Made by a program: the position numbers and the translations under genes. Source: an archaeon (GTDB lineage Archaea; Nanobdellota; Nanobdellia; Pacearchaeales; GW2011-AR1). Taken from it: 64,000 bases of DNA. Within the stretch, counting starts at the first letter, position 1; each line of letters begins with the position of its first letter. Of this stretch, positions 61,424 to 64,000 are shown piece by piece. The stretch lies in the NCBI GenBank assembly GCA_018653485.1, contig JABHZE010000006.1:262937-326936 (forward strand), given 5' to 3'. The notes under the pieces were generated by a model. The model saw nothing but the letters and a program-made list of their open reading frames with translations, did not search any database and was not told the DNA's origin.

Positions 61424-62416
61424 ATGGCAATCATTATTGGGATTGAATCAACTGCACATACTTTTGGAGTTGGTGTTGTTAAGAATGGAAAAGTTTTGAG
61501 TAATGTTAGAGAGATGTATACTACTGAAAAGGGTGGAATTATTCCAATTGAATCTGCAAAACATCATGCTAAAATTGCTGATAATGTTTGGGTTAAGGGG
61601 TTGGAGGAAGCAGGTATTGATGAGAAAGATATTGATGCGATTGCTTTTTCGCAATCTCCAGGATTAGCTCCTTGTTTAATTGAAGGTATGAAATTTGCTA
61701 AGGGGAAAGCTGAGGAGTTGGGAGTTGGTTTGGTTGGTGTTAATCATTGTGTTGCGCATTTAGAAATTGGTAGAATTACTGGTGCTGTCGACCCTGTTTT
61801 ACTTTATGCTTCTGGTGCAAATACTCAAATAATTGCTTATGAATCTGGAAAGTATAGAGTATTTGGAGAAACATTGGATATAGGTGTTGGAAATTTTATT
61901 GATAATTTTGCAAGAGTTATTGGTGTTGGTTTTCCTGGAGGGCCTAAGATTATGGAATTAGCTAAAAAAGGAAAATATATTGATGAAGTTCCTTATAAGT
62001 TAAAAGGAATGGATGTTGCGTTTTCTGGAATTTTAACTAAGTTACAACAAATGTATAAAAGTGGTAATTATAAAATTGAAGATTTGGCTTTTACATTGCA
62101 GGAAACTGTTTTTGCTATGTTAGTTGAATCTGCTGAAAGAGCTTTGGCTCATACTGGTAAAAATGAATTGTTATTAGGTGGAGGAGTTGGATGTAATGGA
62201 AGATTTCAGGAAATGTGTGAGATAATGTGTAAAGAAAGAGGGTGTAAATTTTTTGTTCCTGAAAGGCCTTTGTTAGTTGATAATGGTGCAATGATTGCTT
62301 ATCTTGGTGAGATAATGTTTAGGAAGGGTATTTTTGTCGAAGATGAAGGCATTGAGAAAATAGATATTGATGCTAGAGAGAGAACAGATGATGTGGATGT
62401 TAAATGGAAGGAATAA
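61424..62416 (+). CDS. kae1: tRNA N6-adenosine threonylcarbamoyltransferase Kae1
   Basis: IIGIESTAHTFGVGVV, GVNHCVAHLEIG, YASGANTQ and LLGGGVGCN. ttataaa ends 21 nt upstream of the ATG at 61424. Confidence 0.9.
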   Translation: MAIIIGIESTAHTFGVGVVKNGKVLSNVREMYTTEKGGIIPIESAKHHAKIADNVWVKGLEEAGIDEKDIDAIAFSQSPGLAPCLIEGMKFAKGKAEELGVGLVGVNHCVAHLEIGRITGAVDPVLLYASGANTQIIAYESGKYRVFGETLDIGVGNFIDNFARVIGVGFPGGPKIMELAKKGKYIDEVPYKLKGMDVAFSGILTKLQQMYKSGNYKIEDLAFTLQETVFAMLVESAERALAHTGKNELLLGGGVGCNGRFQEMCEIMCKERGCKFFVPERPLLVDNGAMIAYLGEIMFRKGIFVEDEGIEKIDIDARERTDDVDVKWKE

Positions 62417-62500
62417 AAATTTTATTTTTATAAAATAGGAATATTTATAAACCTAATTTTTGTTTGTTTTTTATAAACCAATGACTGATAGGAGGTTAAA

Positions 62501-62818
62501 ATGGTTTCTGTATACGAATTGATTGAAAAAGCAAGAAAGACTGGAAAAATTGAGAAAGGTACTAATGAAGTAACCAAAGCTATAGAGCGAGGTACTGCTA
62601 AGTTAGTTGCTTATGCTACAGATGTTGAACCAAAAGAAATAGTTCAGCACATTCCAATCTTATGTAAGGAAAAAGAAATTCCTTGTATAGATGCAGATAA
62701 TAAAGAGAAATTAGGTATATCTGTTGGCTTGAATATCAAATGCGCTTCTGTTGCAATTATTGAAGCAGGTGACGCAGAGAAAGATCTTGAAGCTTTTATT
62801 AAAACTCAAGTTAAGTAA
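62501..62818 (+). CDS. rpl7ae: 50S ribosomal protein L7Ae
   Basis: GTNEVTKAIERGTAKLVAYATDVEPKEIVQHIPILCKEKEIPC. GGAGGT lies 4 nt upstream. Confidence 0.9.
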   Translation: MVSVYELIEKARKTGKIEKGTNEVTKAIERGTAKLVAYATDVEPKEIVQHIPILCKEKEIPCIDADNKEKLGISVGLNIKCASVAIIEAGDAEKDLEAFIKTQVK

Positions 62819-62859
62819 ATTTCTTTTCACAAAGAAGTTTATTGGGACATTAATTAAGA

Positions 62860-63153
62860 ATGGGAAGTAAAACTCAAAAAACTAAAGAAGGGCAAGGAAG
62901 TGGCTCAAAAGGAGCTGAAAGCTTATTAGCAGAAAATGCTGTTCCAGCTGTTGTTGAATCAATTGTTGGAAGAACTGGTTCTAAAGGAGAAGTTACTCAG
63001 GTTAAATGCAGAATTTTACAAGGATATGATAAAGGAAAAGTTATGAGAAGAAATGTTAAAGGACCTATAAGAAAAAAAGATATTTTAATGTTAAGAGAGA
63101 CACAAATTGAAGCAAGAAGAATTAAAGGTAAATATTCTAAGGGTGGTGCTTAA
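62860..63153 (+). CDS. rps28e: 30S ribosomal protein S28e (with N-terminal extension)
   Basis: [60 protein letters not shown]. Confidence 0.9.
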   Translation: MGSKTQKTKEGQGSGSKGAESLLAENAVPAVVESIVGRTGSKGEVTQVKCRILQGYDKGKVMRRNVKGPIRKKDILMLRETQIEARRIKGKYSKGGA

Positions 63154-63154
63154 G

Positions 63155-63352
63155 ATGGATCCTAAATATGATCATTCAAGACTTAGATCAAGATGTAATA
63201 AACGTCCTAGAACTTTTGTAAATGATTTTGGACATTATGGCAAAGTTAATTATGATGCTTTTAGATCTCAGGCTAGTACTGGAGAAGTTTCTCTTTCTGG
63301 ACTTGGGAAATTATTATGTGGAATTCTTTTGGTAAGCGGAGGAGTAAAATAA
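63155..63352 (+). CDS. candidate 65-aa ORF wedged between S28e and L24e
   Basis: ATG lies 1 nt after the S28e stop, and its stop is 1 nt before the L24e ATG. Encodes MDPKYDHSRLRSRCNKRPRTFVNDFGHYGKVNYDAFRSQASTGEVSLSGLGKLLCGILLVSGGVK. No family recognised. Confidence 0.3.
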   Translation: MDPKYDHSRLRSRCNKRPRTFVNDFGHYGKVNYDAFRSQASTGEVSLSGLGKLLCGILLVSGGVK

Positions 63353-63353
63353 A

Positions 63354-63638
63354 ATGCCAGTTTGTTCATTTTGTAAGAAAAATTATCATGAGCATAAGGG
63401 AGTGACTGTGTTTGCTTTTGATGGTAAGACACATCATTTTTGTTCTAGTAAATGTAGGAATAATCTTGCCTTGAAAAGAGATCCAAAAAAAGTTAATTGG
63501 GTTAAAAGAGAAAAGAAGGTAAAGCAAGATAATGTTACTAATAAAGTAGTGGAAAAAAATTTAGAATCAAAAGATGTTAAGAGTTCAGAATCAAAAGATT
63601 CTGAAAGTGGCTCTGAAGATTCAAAAAATAAGAAATAA
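63354..63638 (+). CDS. rpl24e: 50S ribosomal protein L24e (with Ser/Lys/Asp-rich tail)
   Basis: MPVCSFCKKNYHEHKGVTVFAFDGKTHHFCSSKCRNNLALKRDPKKVNWV. Confidence 0.9.
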   Translation: MPVCSFCKKNYHEHKGVTVFAFDGKTHHFCSSKCRNNLALKRDPKKVNWVKREKKVKQDNVTNKVVEKNLESKDVKSSESKDSESGSEDSKNKK

Positions 63639-63802
63639 TTTTAGTTTATGATTTGTTTTAGGAATGTTTTAAGTTGTTTTTTTGATAATTTAATTATTTT
63701 AGGTTTATTGAGGGTGTTTTGTTGGTTGTTCCCACATATTTTTATTTTTAGAAAACCTTTTTAAAGTCAAAGAGGTTATTAAAATTAAGAAAGGTGTTGT
63801 TA

Positions 63803-64000
63803 ATGGCGTATAAGAGGTATGTTTATAAAAAAGGGAAAAAGTTTGGACCTTATTATTATGAATCTTATAGGGATGCAGAGGGGAATGTTGGTAAAAAATA
63901 TGTTGGGACAGAGGATCCTAATAATTTGAATAAAGGGGTTGTTCCCACTAATTTTAGTCTAATATTTATTGTTTCTTTGATATTTTTATTAGGAAGTATT
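63803..64000 (+). CDS. 5'-partial view of a membrane/surface protein (continues beyond the window)
   Basis: Open frame from the ATG at 63803 to the window end: MAYKRYVYKKGKKFGPYYYESYRDAEGNVGKKYVG...NFSLIFIVSLIFLLGS (basic beta-hairpin-like N-terminus, then a TM helix). Absent from the ORF track because no stop is reached. Confidence 0.5.
   Translation, partial: MAYKRYVYKKGKKFGPYYYESYRDAEGNVGKKYVGTEDPNNLNKGVVPTNFSLIFIVSLIFLLGSI

Noticed and set aside
63107-63154. Upstream part of ORF 63107-63352, which overlaps the end of S28e.
   Set aside because: The start codon lies inside the conserved S28e C-terminus. If the ORF is real, the ATG at 63155, just after the S28e stop, is far more plausible.

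Overview
AT-rich archaeal chromosome fragment (roughly 30% G+C by eye, not computed). Archaea-specific genes fix the domain: rpoE'/spt4/S24e/S27ae, L7Ae-S28e-L24e, Kae1, Elp3 and archaeal-type PheRS alpha/beta. Small gene sizes, many tiny membrane proteins and several bacterial-type enzymes suggest a DPANN-like reduced genome; that placement is inference. I call about 95 CDS, 7 tRNA genes (Glu-CUC partial, Thr-GGU, Trp-CCA, His-GUG, Glu-UUC, Ile-UAU) and no rRNA or CRISPR. Housekeeping blocks: P-type ATPase; pheS-mazG-pheT; DAHP synthase; pyrH; the rpoE-spt4-S24e-(subtilisin)-S27ae cluster; ScpA; and a tRNA-centred block of truncated GluRS, Elp3 + Trm9-like MTase, tRNA-His + HisRS, Tgt and TruB. 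Further right lie a YchF-like GTPase, PPDK, adenylate kinase, Kae1 and ribosomal proteins. Accessory content: (i) a surface locus with a pilin-signal/beta-helix/cohesin-like giant protein next to a dockerin-repeat protein (4.3-7.4 kb); (ii) RelE and PIN/UPF0175-like toxin-antitoxin pairs; (iii) the most unusual region, a tightly packed all-plus-strand signalling island (about 36.9-49.5 kb). The island holds two orphan receivers, three hemerythrin-domain proteins (one fused to a KaiC-like ATPase), two Walker-A-less KaiC/RecA-like paralogs and three paralogous 3-TM proteins. It also holds a 1102-aa double-sensor histidine kinase and an output-less Cache-HAMP-PAS sensor. RHH regulators bracket it, and it ends at a tyrosine integrase next to tRNA-Glu(UUC). 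All family assignments are motif recognition by eye and need HMM or structure confirmation.
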